Source of the DNA: Nitrospirota bacterium
GTDB taxonomy: Bacteria > Nitrospirota > UBA9217
Length of the DNA: 64,000 nucleotides
Assembly (NCBI GenBank): GCA_035623825.1
Contig: DASPSR010000061.1
Coordinates: 8,953 to 72,952 of the forward strand
Direction of reading: 5' to 3'
Shown here one piece after another: positions 28,898-38,421 of this stretch (positions within the stretch are counted from its first letter, which is position 1; each line of letters starts with the position of its first letter). The notes under the pieces are model-generated. The model did no database searches. It was not told the DNA's origin and saw nothing but the letters and a program-made list of their open reading frames with translations. The translations under genes were made by a program, and so were the position numbers.

Positions 28898-31346
28898 GTT
28901 TATTTCTCTGCCTGCTCCTGCCCATAATCGCTCCCAGCGCGGCGACAGCGATCAGCATTCCCCAAGTCCCGAGCGCTGGCACAGTATTTATGCTGAACGT
29001 AGCCACGATTGTATGATTTGCCGTAACATCCGTGATGGTATAAGTCCCCTTAATGACGCTCGCAGTCACGTCAACACCGTTGTCCGTTAACGAGGACAGA
29101 TGATACCCTGCGTTTGCGGTAATAGTCAAGAGCACACTACCCCCGCTCGCGACCGACGCCGTGGCGGGGGCGTCGGTCCCTCCACCGCCACCGGCGACCG
29201 ACGAGGTAATAGTGAATGTCTGGGGTATGGTAAGAGTTATCTGGGCTGTATGGGTAAAACTGCTGCCTGTGCCGGTGACGACCAAGGGAAACGTCCCTAG
29301 AGGTGCAGAAGCGCCAACCGTGAGGTTCAGCGTCGAGCTTCCTGACCCGGGCGAAGCGATCGGGTTCGGACTGAAAGCCGCTATCACACCGGCTGGGAGA
29401 CCTGAAATGGACAGGGATACGGCATTATTGAAGTTGCCGAGAACGGTCGTGGTGATCGTTGATGTTCCCGCTGCGCCTTGGGTAACGGAAAGTGTGGTGG
29501 CTGACGCGGTGACGGTGAAGTCCGGTGTCCAGTTCATAACGAGCGAGTCTGCATCCACTGAACCAAGTCCCGTTGCAAGATTATATCCTGCTGCGGCAGC
29601 GTATCCAGTAACGCCAGGCACCGTGTTGTTTCCTGATGTGATATCATGAAAGACCGGTACTCCGCCCGATGCATACTGGGCATTGCCCAGCTGGTACAGC
29701 CGGGTGTTCGCGTTGCCTTGGCGCTGGCCAGCCCTCTGCACGACAAGCGTCATGAGTCCGGCAAAGGCAGGAGCTGACGCCGAAGTCCCCCTGACGGCAT
29801 GGAGCGACCCCTGTGTTTCGACCAGATAGGCGTCATGGCCCGCCGCGTTAAGCGATACGTCAGGGACATTGCGACTGTTATTCGCGGGCACACCAGGCGC
29901 CACCTGCCACCCAGGCTGGACGTACAGCGAGGAAGCGCCTCCTCCGGTAGCCCACAACCCGGAACCGCCTGAAACACTGCCGCTCTCGTTCCAAGCGATC
30001 TCTGGTATATAGCTAAATGCGGACGAATATCCCGCACCGTTCGTTGTGCTCCAGTAACTGCCCCCCCCTTCATCGAACTGCGTGCCGCCGACGGCGACAT
30101 TATACGGCGTGGAAGCAAGCCCGTTCACGCCAAGGCCCGTTCCGCTTGATGCCGATGGTGGGTTGCACCCAGCTGCACCGGAATCGCCCGAGGAAACAAA
30201 TGCCGTGATGCCCTGGGCAGCGGCTTGCTGCCATAGATTATTGTAAAAAACGTTCTCCGCCGTTCCCAAAGCCGACTCGCACGAACCGAAGCTGATGCTC
30301 ATCACAGGGGCCAGGTTGTTATTTACGATATACTGGGCAGAAAGGTCCACACCATCGGTTGCCACAGTCGACTTCGATACAACGAATAGAATAGCGGCGT
30401 TCCTTGCCACGGCCCCGGACCATTCAACATCGAGGTCGGCTTCTGTATCCTCGTCTGCGCCCAGATCGCCGGGGTCAGGGCCGTTCACGATCACCTGGGG
30501 AGGATTGGAGGGCAGTCCCATCATGCTACGGAAGGTCGTCCAATTGGTGCTGGACGGGTGTGTGCGGCCCACGATGGCGACCTTCTCGCCGCTGCCGTCA
30601 ATTCCCGCGGCATAGAGCCCATTGACATCGTATACGGTGGCGAAGTCCGACGGGGATATATAGTGAGTTGAGCCAACCGTGTACTGAGGAGCTTTTCCGG
30701 GCAAAGCGGCGGGCATGACACCTCCGTTCATCGCTACGCGGGGAAAGTCGTGCAGGGTGACGATACCCGCCACCACATCCGACAGCCCCCTCGGGATACT
30801 CGGGTCCTGAGCGTTGGCATGATGCATCCGGCCGTTTACAAAATATGTATGTATCGAGGTGTGGAAGGCCCGGTTAACGTCCCCGGCGGTGCCGGAGAAG
30901 TTGATCCAGGAGCCGCTCCGTGCAACTTCGCTAACTTTAAATCCGTAGGATCTAAGCCAGCCTGTGATGGCATCGATATCGGCAGCTGCAACCCCGAAAC
31001 GCGTCCCGAACTCTTCCGGCGTCAGCCAATGATGGAAGTTGGATGATGCCGGGTCATACAGCCCGGCAAGGTACCGTTCGAGCTCAGCCTGTTTTCGGGG
31101 ATCCCGGCGCAATGCAAGGATCATCAGCTCCATGGGCAAGGACGACGGCGCCGCTCCCCTGTCGAATTCGGCCCGTGCGTAGGGGTGCACGTTCCCGTGC
31201 AAGGTCACCCTGTCATTGTCGTCGATGATGCGGGCTGGGCGCGCAAGGGCCGGTGAAACTGCAAGAAGAATAAAAGCCAAGGTGAATATCACGAAGAAAC
31301 TGATTCCCCTCGGCTTCTGTGTAAAGCGCTTTTCCGGTTTAGTCAT
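28872..31346 (-). CDS. S53 (sedolisin/kumamolisin) protease with prodomain and IPTL-CTERM-like sorting signal
   Basis: Signal peptide, prodomain (WLTPEEFG), EADLD, SGDSG, GTSASAP, Ig-like tail, C-terminal TVPALGTWGMLIAVAALG...RSRQR. Confidence 0.9.
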   Translation of the reverse strand: MTKPEKRFTQKPRGISFFVIFTLAFILLAVSPALARPARIIDDNDRVTLHGNVHPYARAEFDRGAAPSSLPMELMILALRRDPRKQAELERYLAGLYDPASSNFHHWLTPEEFGTRFGVAAADIDAITGWLRSYGFKVSEVARSGSWINFSGTAGDVNRAFHTSIHTYFVNGRMHHANAQDPSIPRGLSDVVAGIVTLHDFPRVAMNGGVMPAALPGKAPQYTVGSTHYISPSDFATVYDVNGLYAAGIDGSGEKVAIVGRTHPSSTNWTTFRSMMGLPSNPPQVIVNGPDPGDLGADEDTEADLDVEWSGAVARNAAILFVVSKSTVATDGVDLSAQYIVNNNLAPVMSISFGSCESALGTAENVFYNNLWQQAAAQGITAFVSSGDSGAAGCNPPSASSGTGLGVNGLASTPYNVAVGGTQFDEGGGSYWSTTNGAGYSSAFSYIPEIAWNESGSVSGGSGLWATGGGASSLYVQPGWQVAPGVPANNSRNVPDVSLNAAGHDAYLVETQGSLHAVRGTSASAPAFAGLMTLVVQRAGQRQGNANTRLYQLGNAQYASGGVPVFHDITSGNNTVPGVTGYAAAAGYNLATGLGSVDADSLVMNWTPDFTVTASATTLSVTQGAAGTSTITTTVLGNFNNAVSLSISGLPAGVIAAFSPNPIASPGSGSSTLNLTVGASAPLGTFPLVVTGTGSSFTHTAQITLTIPQTFTITSSVAGGGGGTDAPATASVASGGSVLLTITANAGYHLSSLTDNGVDVTASVIKGTYTITDVTANHTIVATFSINTVPALGTWGMLIAVAALGAIMGRSRQRNKRDPQDDNG

Positions 31347-31697
31347 GACTCAGAGCTAAAAAAAGAATTTAAAAACGAACCTTCGGAAAAGAAGAACTCT
31401 AGTCGATTTGTTTCCCTTTCCCGTTTTTAGACCAAAAAAGACAGTCATGTCATCTTCGTGACGGTCACGTTCGATCTATCAGAAAGCTTAAATAACAAAA
31501 TGATGCTGCTTCAGCGTCAAGCTTATAAGCTCCCTGATATATATGACTTTAAAAAACGGCCTAGAAGTGTGTCCTCACTAGGGACTTGAATCAATAAAGT
31601 TTCGAAACCGTGAAGGGCTGTCAAATGCCTGATTCCTCGCTGCGCTCAGAATGGCAGCATGGGAAAAAAGGGTCTCACGGCACGCTGCAGCAGCTTT

Positions 31698-31763
31698 ATT
31701 AGACAAGATATACGTTACAGAACAGTGAAGGTTGCATTACAGTTCTGTTAATTTTTGTATGAA
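31698..31763 (-). promoter_or_regulatory. Pho-box-like array upstream of the protease operon
   Basis: Minus-strand heptamers TTCATAC, ATTAACA, TGTAATG, CTTCACT, TGTAACG at 11-bp period, then N9-TCTAAT. Confidence 0.55.
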
Positions 31764-32178
31764 GACCGCGTACACGGGGAAGAAGAAAAATGGCTGCATA
31801 CGATGTAAATCGTTCAAGAAACGTGAACATTTCAGTGTTCGGCGGCTTTGGCGATCCCCGATTGATGATCCGCGAAAGAATTGGATCAAGTTAAGCAAAA
31901 GAGCGAAGATCGACAGAATCAGATGTCCCGGAATGAATCACTTGATAAAATCTCCGGTAACAACCCATGAGTGAAGATAGTGATTGCTTATTTCAATTGT
32001 GTATATCGACGGCTTAACAACGTAAAGTCGAATGACAACATCAGGCATTTCAATTTATAGGCGATATATTGAAAGCATCCATTTCCTGCCGGAGATAGAT
32101 GGTGTTGATATTCATTCGCACTTGCAGTTCGAGAAAATTGAGAACACTATGTGCAAAGGGCATAAAAATTCATAATAA

Positions 32179-32222
32179 TGTAAATCCTTTTTAACAAAAA
32201 TGTAACAAAAGACCCCTATAAT
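32179..32222 (+). promoter_or_regulatory. Pho-box-like promoter
   Basis: TGTAAAT-N4-TTTAACA-N4-TGTAACA-N9-TATAAT. Confidence 0.72.
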
Positions 32223-32334
32223 TGTGCTGGCAAAATGTAGTGATTAGCCTTGATGATTCTGCTTTACTCAGCCACTTTATCAAGGACATCCATACACAGT
32301 AGCCTCGTTCATAGCGGCTACGATAGAATGGAAA

Positions 32335-33372
32335 ATGAACAAAACACCGTATATCATTTGTTTGATACTAACCCTCATCTGGCCTGCGCTTTCCTTTGCC
32401 GATCCCGTTCCCGTGGATATGGATATAGAGGCGAACGGGAAGGGGAGTTTCTTGCTGACGGGAGGAAGTGTCGCAGGCGTTCATGACATTGATATCGAGA
32501 TAGGTTATGATCCCAACTTGCTGGAGAATCCCCACGTGCAGATAGTTCATGGAGGAGATCTTATACGGGCAAATGGCGCCTCACCGGGAAATCTGCTCAT
32601 AAATATTGGCAGGCCATCTGCAGATCCTTTACTCCAGGTCATTATTAACTTCGATGCAAAGACGGATCAGGAGGGCGGCGTCTATTACATGTCCGCGACT
32701 TCCAGACCCAAGACTGAGAGCAAGGCTGAGGAGCCATCTGGGCACGATAGAAACACGGGAACGGTCGGGATTTCTGTACTGAAAGGAGCAGCTTCATCGT
32801 CGGGCGCCGATAATAACGTTCTGATGGAAGAGATGGCGGCCCTTACGCATGATGAAAAGAACGTATTGCAGCGATTCAAGCAATTCAAGGGGAAGAAGGG
32901 CCTCAGGTCTTTTACCGCTCTGTTCGGCAGGGGTGCCGGCGACAGGTTTGTGCAAGAGCCGGCAATTGCGATCTCTGATGGGAAGACGCCGGTTACGGTC
33001 AAGATGCAAGTGCCGCCGGAAGGATCCCGGACTGCAGGGATCGCTCTGGCCGATGCGTCACTCATATCGAAAGAAGAGAACGGAAAAGGCGTAGTCATCA
33101 CTGTGCTGCCGAGCGAAGGGACATGGAACGCGAGGCTGGTCATGGTGTCAGGCCAGGACGTACTGGGCTGTCCGCTTGTCGTTGCCCCGCCAGTGAACAT
33201 AACAAACGGTATCGATGAAAATAATTTTCTTGATGCGCTGCAGGCATACATTAGCAGTCAATCACCGGCATTTCAGCAGGCTGACAAAATTTACATCTCA
33301 GAGTATATATTCACCGCCAATTACCTTGCCGAGATGCAGAAGAAGGCTCGATTGGCTGTCTCGCAGCACTGA
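32335..33372 (+). CDS. Exported protein with a cohesin-like N-terminal domain
   Basis: Signal peptide (..ALSFA); VAGVHDIDIEIGYDPNLL resembles a cohesin beta-sandwich; C-terminal YIFTANYL. Confidence 0.6.
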   Translation: MNKTPYIICLILTLIWPALSFADPVPVDMDIEANGKGSFLLTGGSVAGVHDIDIEIGYDPNLLENPHVQIVHGGDLIRANGASPGNLLINIGRPSADPLLQVIINFDAKTDQEGGVYYMSATSRPKTESKAEEPSGHDRNTGTVGISVLKGAASSSGADNNVLMEEMAALTHDEKNVLQRFKQFKGKKGLRSFTALFGRGAGDRFVQEPAIAISDGKTPVTVKMQVPPEGSRTAGIALADASLISKEENGKGVVITVLPSEGTWNARLVMVSGQDVLGCPLVVAPPVNITNGIDENNFLDALQAYISSQSPAFQQADKIYISEYIFTANYLAEMQKKARLAVSQH

Positions 33373-33558
33373 TCAAAAAAGGCGAGGTGATCGAGCCGTC
33401 TTCAAGAAATTGGTTCCGGAGGAACTTGGAGGAAGAAGGCGCCTGTTCATATGATTGGGGAATCGCGCACTGGACTGAAACGTAAGAAAAATAGCAAAGG
33501 CTTGACCAAAGGGTTTAGAAAAATAAGTTTCCAAGATTTCATTTAATCTTCTTTGAAC

Positions 33559-33591
33559 TGTAATTAAAATGTAACATTCATTGTGTATAGT
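33559..33591 (+). promoter_or_regulatory. Pho-box-like promoter of the VPLPA-CTERM leader
   Basis: TGTAATT-N4-TGTAACA-N9-TATAGT. Confidence 0.65.
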
Positions 33592-33728
33592 CGGTGCAGT
33601 GATGAAGTATAGAAGTTTGAACGGGACGTTACCCCGTTTCCTCTGATATTCAATTAAACATACATAACTGAATAACAAACGACTGTCAGGGTCCTTTGCT
33701 GACCGATAGAATTCTTATCGCGCACCAG

Positions 33729-33780
33729 AAAGCCCGAACCGATGATGATGCTTCCATATCCCGGTTCGGGCTTTTTTTTT
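33729..33780 (+). terminator. Intrinsic terminator inside the 5' leader (attenuator candidate)
   Basis: AAAGCCCGAACCG...CGGTTCGGGCTTT 13-bp stem ending in a T9 run. Confidence 0.75.
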
Positions 33781-33974
33781 CGGTTCAGGGTACTTGGCTG
33801 GCCTGTAAAGGGAACAGAAAGCCCGGATCACTGGCCAGTCGCACAACAGTGAAGTTTTCCGGGACGAAGCGGCTGGTCAAATAATCCAAATAAGGAAAGG
33901 AGGGCAAAAAAACAGAAGGGATTCACTGCATCGATAAAAAAAGAGCGGATGCCGGCCCGAGGCCGCATCCAGCC

Positions 33975-34070
33975 TTCGGTACAAAGCCAAAATCCGGGTA
34001 ACCGGATGACGGAAAGCCATGCGGGTCCACAAGAAAAGGTGGATGGCCGGGTTGCCTGAGGGGAAGTACC
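33975..34070 (+). ncRNA. Cyclic dinucleotide riboswitch, c-di-GMP-I (GEMM-I) class
   Basis: ACAAAG-CC-AAA-ATCCGG-GTAA-CCGGAT-GAC-GG-AAA-GCC...GGGTCCAC...GTGGATGGCCGGGTTGCC with a GNRA loop; flanking GGTAC/GTACC can pair. Confidence 0.8.
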
Positions 34071-34215
34071 TGCCCGGCGATTTAAACAAAAGCCTGTGGG
34101 GCGCCAGTTCGCGCAGCGAATCGGGCGATAAAAACCATAGAATGTGGAAAAAACGGAAAGGCCGTTGGGCAGCGAGAATCAAGTTACCCAAAATCACTAC
34201 TCAGGAGGAGAGAAA

Positions 34216-34998
34216 ATGAAGAAGATCATGATGCTTCTAGTGGTCGCCGTTCTCATGCTCGGCGTGAGCGGACAGGCCATGGCGTATTTCACTGATGGCG
34301 ACTTGATCCGTGTCGTGTATTCCACTCGAAACGGCACGGGCTATGAGTATGCCACAGACCTGGGCTCACTTTCTGCCTTGGGGTTATCGAGTACTGGAGG
34401 AGCATATACCGGCGGCCCCCAGACTATAAGCACCAGCAATTTCGGCATATTGCCGGGTCAGACTACCTTCAGCAATATGTATGTTACATACTTTATTGCA
34501 GACGCTGCCCTGAACAGCGGCAACGGTGCAGCTTGGACAAGCGGCCATATGACAAATAGCGGTTATTTCCTTCCGAATGGGGCAGCCAGTTTCTTTACTG
34601 CCACGGAGGTTCCCATGGCACTTTGGAACAGCGTGGGTACTATAAGCACTCAGAACGCTCAGATCGAGTCTACAGGGTCATCCTTCTGGGTCAATGCCGA
34701 ATCAAGTGGGGCAACCCTCGCTACTTATCTGGGTTTCCTTGATAACACGAAGCAGCTCAGCGAGGAAAACCTGACGCCACTCAATACGACCGGCGGGACT
34801 GTGGATCAGCTCCTGTATTACTACGGCTCCAACCTAAATGCCGGAGGTCGGGGCACGGCTGTCGCTGAGATCGTAACCAATGCCAACGGATCCACGACCA
34901 TCGAGGGAGTTGCCGCGACACCGATTCCGGCTGCGGTATATCTCTTCGGCTCCGGTCTGCTCGGCATGTTCGGCCTGCGCAGGAAAATGGCTGCCTAA
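34216..34998 (+). CDS. VPLPA-CTERM (PEP-CTERM-like) surface protein
   Basis: AGGAGG RBS, signal peptide (..QAMA), Ser/Thr/Gly/Asn-rich body, C-terminal TPIPAAVYLFGSGLLGMFGLRRK. Confidence 0.88.
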   Translation: MKKIMMLLVVAVLMLGVSGQAMAYFTDGDLIRVVYSTRNGTGYEYATDLGSLSALGLSSTGGAYTGGPQTISTSNFGILPGQTTFSNMYVTYFIADAALNSGNGAAWTSGHMTNSGYFLPNGAASFFTATEVPMALWNSVGTISTQNAQIESTGSSFWVNAESSGATLATYLGFLDNTKQLSEENLTPLNTTGGTVDQLLYYYGSNLNAGGRGTAVAEIVTNANGSTTIEGVAATPIPAAVYLFGSGLLGMFGLRRKMAA

Positions 34999-35183
34999 GC
35001 GGTTGCTTACAACTTAAACATCGAGGAATGAAGCCGTCTTTGATTGCGATTTTTGAGGCCGTCATTTCCGGCTTGAACAGATGCGACAGGTGTTACCATT
35101 GAAGCGCTCGGCAATGACGAAATGCACTTGAAAAACAAATAAAGAAGTAAATCTTGAAGCGTGTAAATAAGGAGAATAACGAC

Positions 35184-36473
35184 ATGAAGATCAAAATAAT
35201 TGCATTGCTTATTGCTGTCGTCAGCCTCTTCCCGTTCGTGGGAACGGCTTCGGCAGCCTCCTGCTTTTCTACCGGCGTCTCCGGAGCTCCGGCTGTTCCC
35301 CAGGGAGATCTGAATATTTACGGAGCATCCGCCCAGTTTACATTCTGGAAGAACGAGTTCGTGAATTACCTGACAGCTGCAGGCTGCACGTGGGCAAACG
35401 GCACCAGCTGGGCCCAGTCGCAGGCGACGGACAGTGCTACCAATCCGTCTCACTATGTTATACAGGCGAATTGCTCTGCTGTCGGCGGCCCCGCGGTTGT
35501 AAATTTCCGGGTTTCTTCCAAGGCTTCCTATGATGGCCCGGCTGCGGTCGACGCCCAAGTTACGCCTTACTCGGTTAACAACTGCGGAGTAGGAGCAAAT
35601 GCAAATCAGAGGGAATTGCTCCACGGCGGTACGGTAGCCTGCCCCTGGGGATCCACAAGCTGTCCGGCTCCGGCTGCCGCTAACGGGGACTGTGAGGTCG
35701 TTACCTGGGGCTCCGCTGATGTCGCGGTGGGAGACTTTCAGCAAATTACAACCGGTGCGTCCGGACGCAACTTTAAACTTAATCCCTTGGTTATGTCTGC
35801 TAATACGGTTGATTTCTGCCACCCGAATGCAATTGGCTTTGGTTTTTGGGTGAACAATAGTGTTACGACGACGGCCGGACCAATTATCAGCAACATCCAA
35901 GCGCTGGAAGCAAGGATGATCTATTCGGGTAAACTGACCAACTGGAGTCAGCTTGCCTCCACTTCCATGAACGCTGCGCCCATCGTAGTATGTTCAAGAA
36001 CGGCTGGTTCTGGAACGGCCGCATCATTGGACTTTCAGATTGTGAGGCCATCCTCAATCATCACGACTCCGCTTGGAAACGATAAATTTAACGACTCTAC
36101 CGGTAACGAGGTCACTTGCGTGAGCTCAAACGCCGGCGCTATCGGTGTTTTTGACGCGGACCGGAGTGTCGCGGGACTCAATATAAGCGGGCCGCTCTCA
36201 GTCAATGGTATTGCGCCAAGTACGGCGGCTCTTGAAGGCGCAACCTATCTTTACACTGACGGTGCTCAGCATGCATATGTGTCGCTGGCTAATTCGGCAG
36301 TGCCCTGGATCAATGATGTATGCCTTTGGGCTGGATGGCCAGCAAGGCTCCCCAGTGCTACCTGGGCCTCCACGTGCAATATGAATTACTTGCCAGGGGG
36401 TAATGGCGCTGGCAGTCTCGCCGCATGGGCGCCTTCTACCGTTAAGGGTACCCTTGGATGCACTTGCCCGTAG
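35184..36473 (+). CDS. Cys-rich PstS/DING-like phosphate-binding protein
   Basis: Signal peptide; DLNIYGASA, GSADV, IYSGKLTNW and RTAGSGT match PstS phosphate-binding loops; 14 Cys. Confidence 0.7.
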   Translation: MKIKIIALLIAVVSLFPFVGTASAASCFSTGVSGAPAVPQGDLNIYGASAQFTFWKNEFVNYLTAAGCTWANGTSWAQSQATDSATNPSHYVIQANCSAVGGPAVVNFRVSSKASYDGPAAVDAQVTPYSVNNCGVGANANQRELLHGGTVACPWGSTSCPAPAAANGDCEVVTWGSADVAVGDFQQITTGASGRNFKLNPLVMSANTVDFCHPNAIGFGFWVNNSVTTTAGPIISNIQALEARMIYSGKLTNWSQLASTSMNAAPIVVCSRTAGSGTAASLDFQIVRPSSIITTPLGNDKFNDSTGNEVTCVSSNAGAIGVFDADRSVAGLNISGPLSVNGIAPSTAALEGATYLYTDGAQHAYVSLANSAVPWINDVCLWAGWPARLPSATWASTCNMNYLPGGNGAGSLAAWAPSTVKGTLGCTCP

Positions 36474-36577
36474 CAGTAGCAGATTGTTCTTCCCCTCGCC
36501 TGTGCCATCCTTTGGAAGGCTGGGTGAGGGGGCCACTTGCCTCGCAGGAAAAGGCATCATGAATGAGAGTGGTCTTC

Positions 36578-36606
36578 GCGGGGTCCCTTGTTGGGGCCCC
36601 GCTTTT
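36578..36606 (+). terminator. Rho-independent terminator
   Basis: GCGGGGTCCC-ttgtt-GGGGCCCCGC-TTTT. Confidence 0.65.
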
Positions 36607-36800
36607 AATTTTTTGGAGTGCGATCGTCAAACAGCGATCGCGGAGCCCTTAAAATTGAAAAGGTAATATTTATTGTCGAGTTTTGCCGAGCTGGATTCTT
36701 GATCGCAAAATTATAAATAACAATTTGTTAAACCGTCAATATGAAAGTGGCGCTTAAGAATATTCTTTACAACCAAGAGATGAAAGAAGTCTTTTAAAAT

Positions 36801-36866
36801 CTTCATGGAATCTTAATAGGTTTGTAACCAAACTAAAATGATTCTGTAACAAAAATCATGTAAGCT
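36801..36866 (+). promoter_or_regulatory. Pho-box-like promoter of the TPS operon
   Basis: CTTCATG, CTTAATA, TGTAACC, TAAAATG, TGTAACA at 11-bp period, then N9-TAAGCT. Confidence 0.62.
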
Positions 36867-37353
36867 CAGGCATACAAAATACAAGGGTACTTCGCTGAAT
36901 TGATGTTCTTTCGATGCATCAATTACCGGGAAGCCCATGACGAGTCCACAAAACCCGTTCGGCTTCCTAAAAAAATATTACGAACGGGGCATATGACTTC
37001 CCCCCTGTTTTAATAATACCCTTGTTTATTTTTCCAATGAGTGCCTGACATAGCCGGTAATTATTGAGTGGACAGAGAGAGCAATTATAGAAATCAACTG
37101 GCATGCACTCAACGTAAAGTCACGGGATGAATTACGCAGTCCGAAGATAGCGAATGTGTATCGACACTTTTATTCCGTCCGTGGGCAAAATTGTACATGT
37201 GGCGAGACAGAATAAAAGGTGAAGTTTCCTCTTTCTTTCCGGCTATTTGGTTTTTTTAATGTCGCCGGAGCCCAAAAAAAATTTTAAGCGTCATTCACAA
37301 ACAGCATTATCTTGCTGTTTACGATTCTAAATGCAAGTCGCGAGGTGCCGGTC

Positions 37354-38415
37354 ATGGAAAGGATAACAAAACTCAGCGATGCAATCAGGAAGCTCATGGA
37401 AGTGGAATTCAGCGGCTACATAAAGATCAATTTCAGCCAGGGAAGTATTGGGCGGGTCGAAAAGTCCGAGGAGTTTGAGGACACGGCAATCCTGATTACG
37501 GGAAGGGACAACGGGAAAAAGAGCGGTCTGGGAGGGCAGGTCAATCATGAAACCCTCAAGGCCGTACCCATTATGCTGTTGCTGTCCATTGCCCTTGCTG
37601 GCTGCGCCGCTTCAGCAAAAGTCAGGCCGCCTCAGCCCGCAGGGGAGTCCGGGAACGTCAGGGTTGTCCGGTCCGGAGATGTTGCGGACATCCGCTACCT
37701 TTGCCGTCTCAAATCAGGAGAGGTCGCGGCTGCAACGGACCCGGTTGCGGAAAGCCAGCCCAAGTCGAATATTTATGAGAAACGGGAGGAGACCGGCCCC
37801 CTGTCAGTTCAGGCAATCGGCGCCGATGAGGCAGATCTGACGGCAGGATCTCCCTTCACTCAACCTTCCTTCGAAGAGGAAATCCAGTATTACCTTGGTC
37901 GGACGATCATTGGCATGAAGCAAGGTGATAAGCTCACGGCAGAGCTCAAGGCTAAGGACTCGCAGTCAAGGGTACACGAGGAATATATCTTGCGCCTCAA
38001 CCGTGTCCGCACACATCCCAAATTGATGGTAATGCAGAAACACACCTACGAGTACGCGACAAAACAATCTCCTGAGATCGGACAGGCATATACCTACGAC
38101 CCCGATTTTCCCGGCAAGGTGGAGTCGATTTCGGACGAGGGTGTAACGATCAGGATCATGGTGACGCCGGGAGCCGTTAAAGAAACGCCCTTCGGTTCTG
38201 GACGATACAGCGAGGATGGCGACAACTACAAAATGGAGATAGATGCGCGTAAAGGAGCGCTCATCCGCATGGCTGGCCTGGTCGGACGGATCGTTTACGT
38301 TGATGACAAGGCATTTCACATAGATTTCGGCAACCCCTTCGGCGGCGAAACGCTGATCTGCGATGTGACGGTGGAAAAAATCGCGGAGGAGAAAACAGCG
38401 AAGAGCGGAAAGTAG
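37354..38415 (+). CDS. SlyD/FKBP-type PPIase-like lipoprotein, apparently fused to a small upstream ORF
   Basis: Internal lipobox LAGC; GDVADIRY, IGMKQGD, IDFGNPFGGETLICDV (SlyD-like). The first ~65 aa look like a separate small protein. Confidence 0.65.
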   Translation: MERITKLSDAIRKLMEVEFSGYIKINFSQGSIGRVEKSEEFEDTAILITGRDNGKKSGLGGQVNHETLKAVPIMLLLSIALAGCAASAKVRPPQPAGESGNVRVVRSGDVADIRYLCRLKSGEVAAATDPVAESQPKSNIYEKREETGPLSVQAIGADEADLTAGSPFTQPSFEEEIQYYLGRTIIGMKQGDKLTAELKAKDSQSRVHEEYILRLNRVRTHPKLMVMQKHTYEYATKQSPEIGQAYTYDPDFPGKVESISDEGVTIRIMVTPGAVKETPFGSGRYSEDGDNYKMEIDARKGALIRMAGLVGRIVYVDDKAFHIDFGNPFGGETLICDVTVEKIAEEKTAKSGK

Positions 38416-38421
38416 CGGCAT

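Noticed and set aside
33975-34070. 3',3'-cGAMP-selective (GEMM-Ib) riboswitch
   Set aside because: The discriminator base before CC-AAA is G, not A, which favours c-di-GMP.
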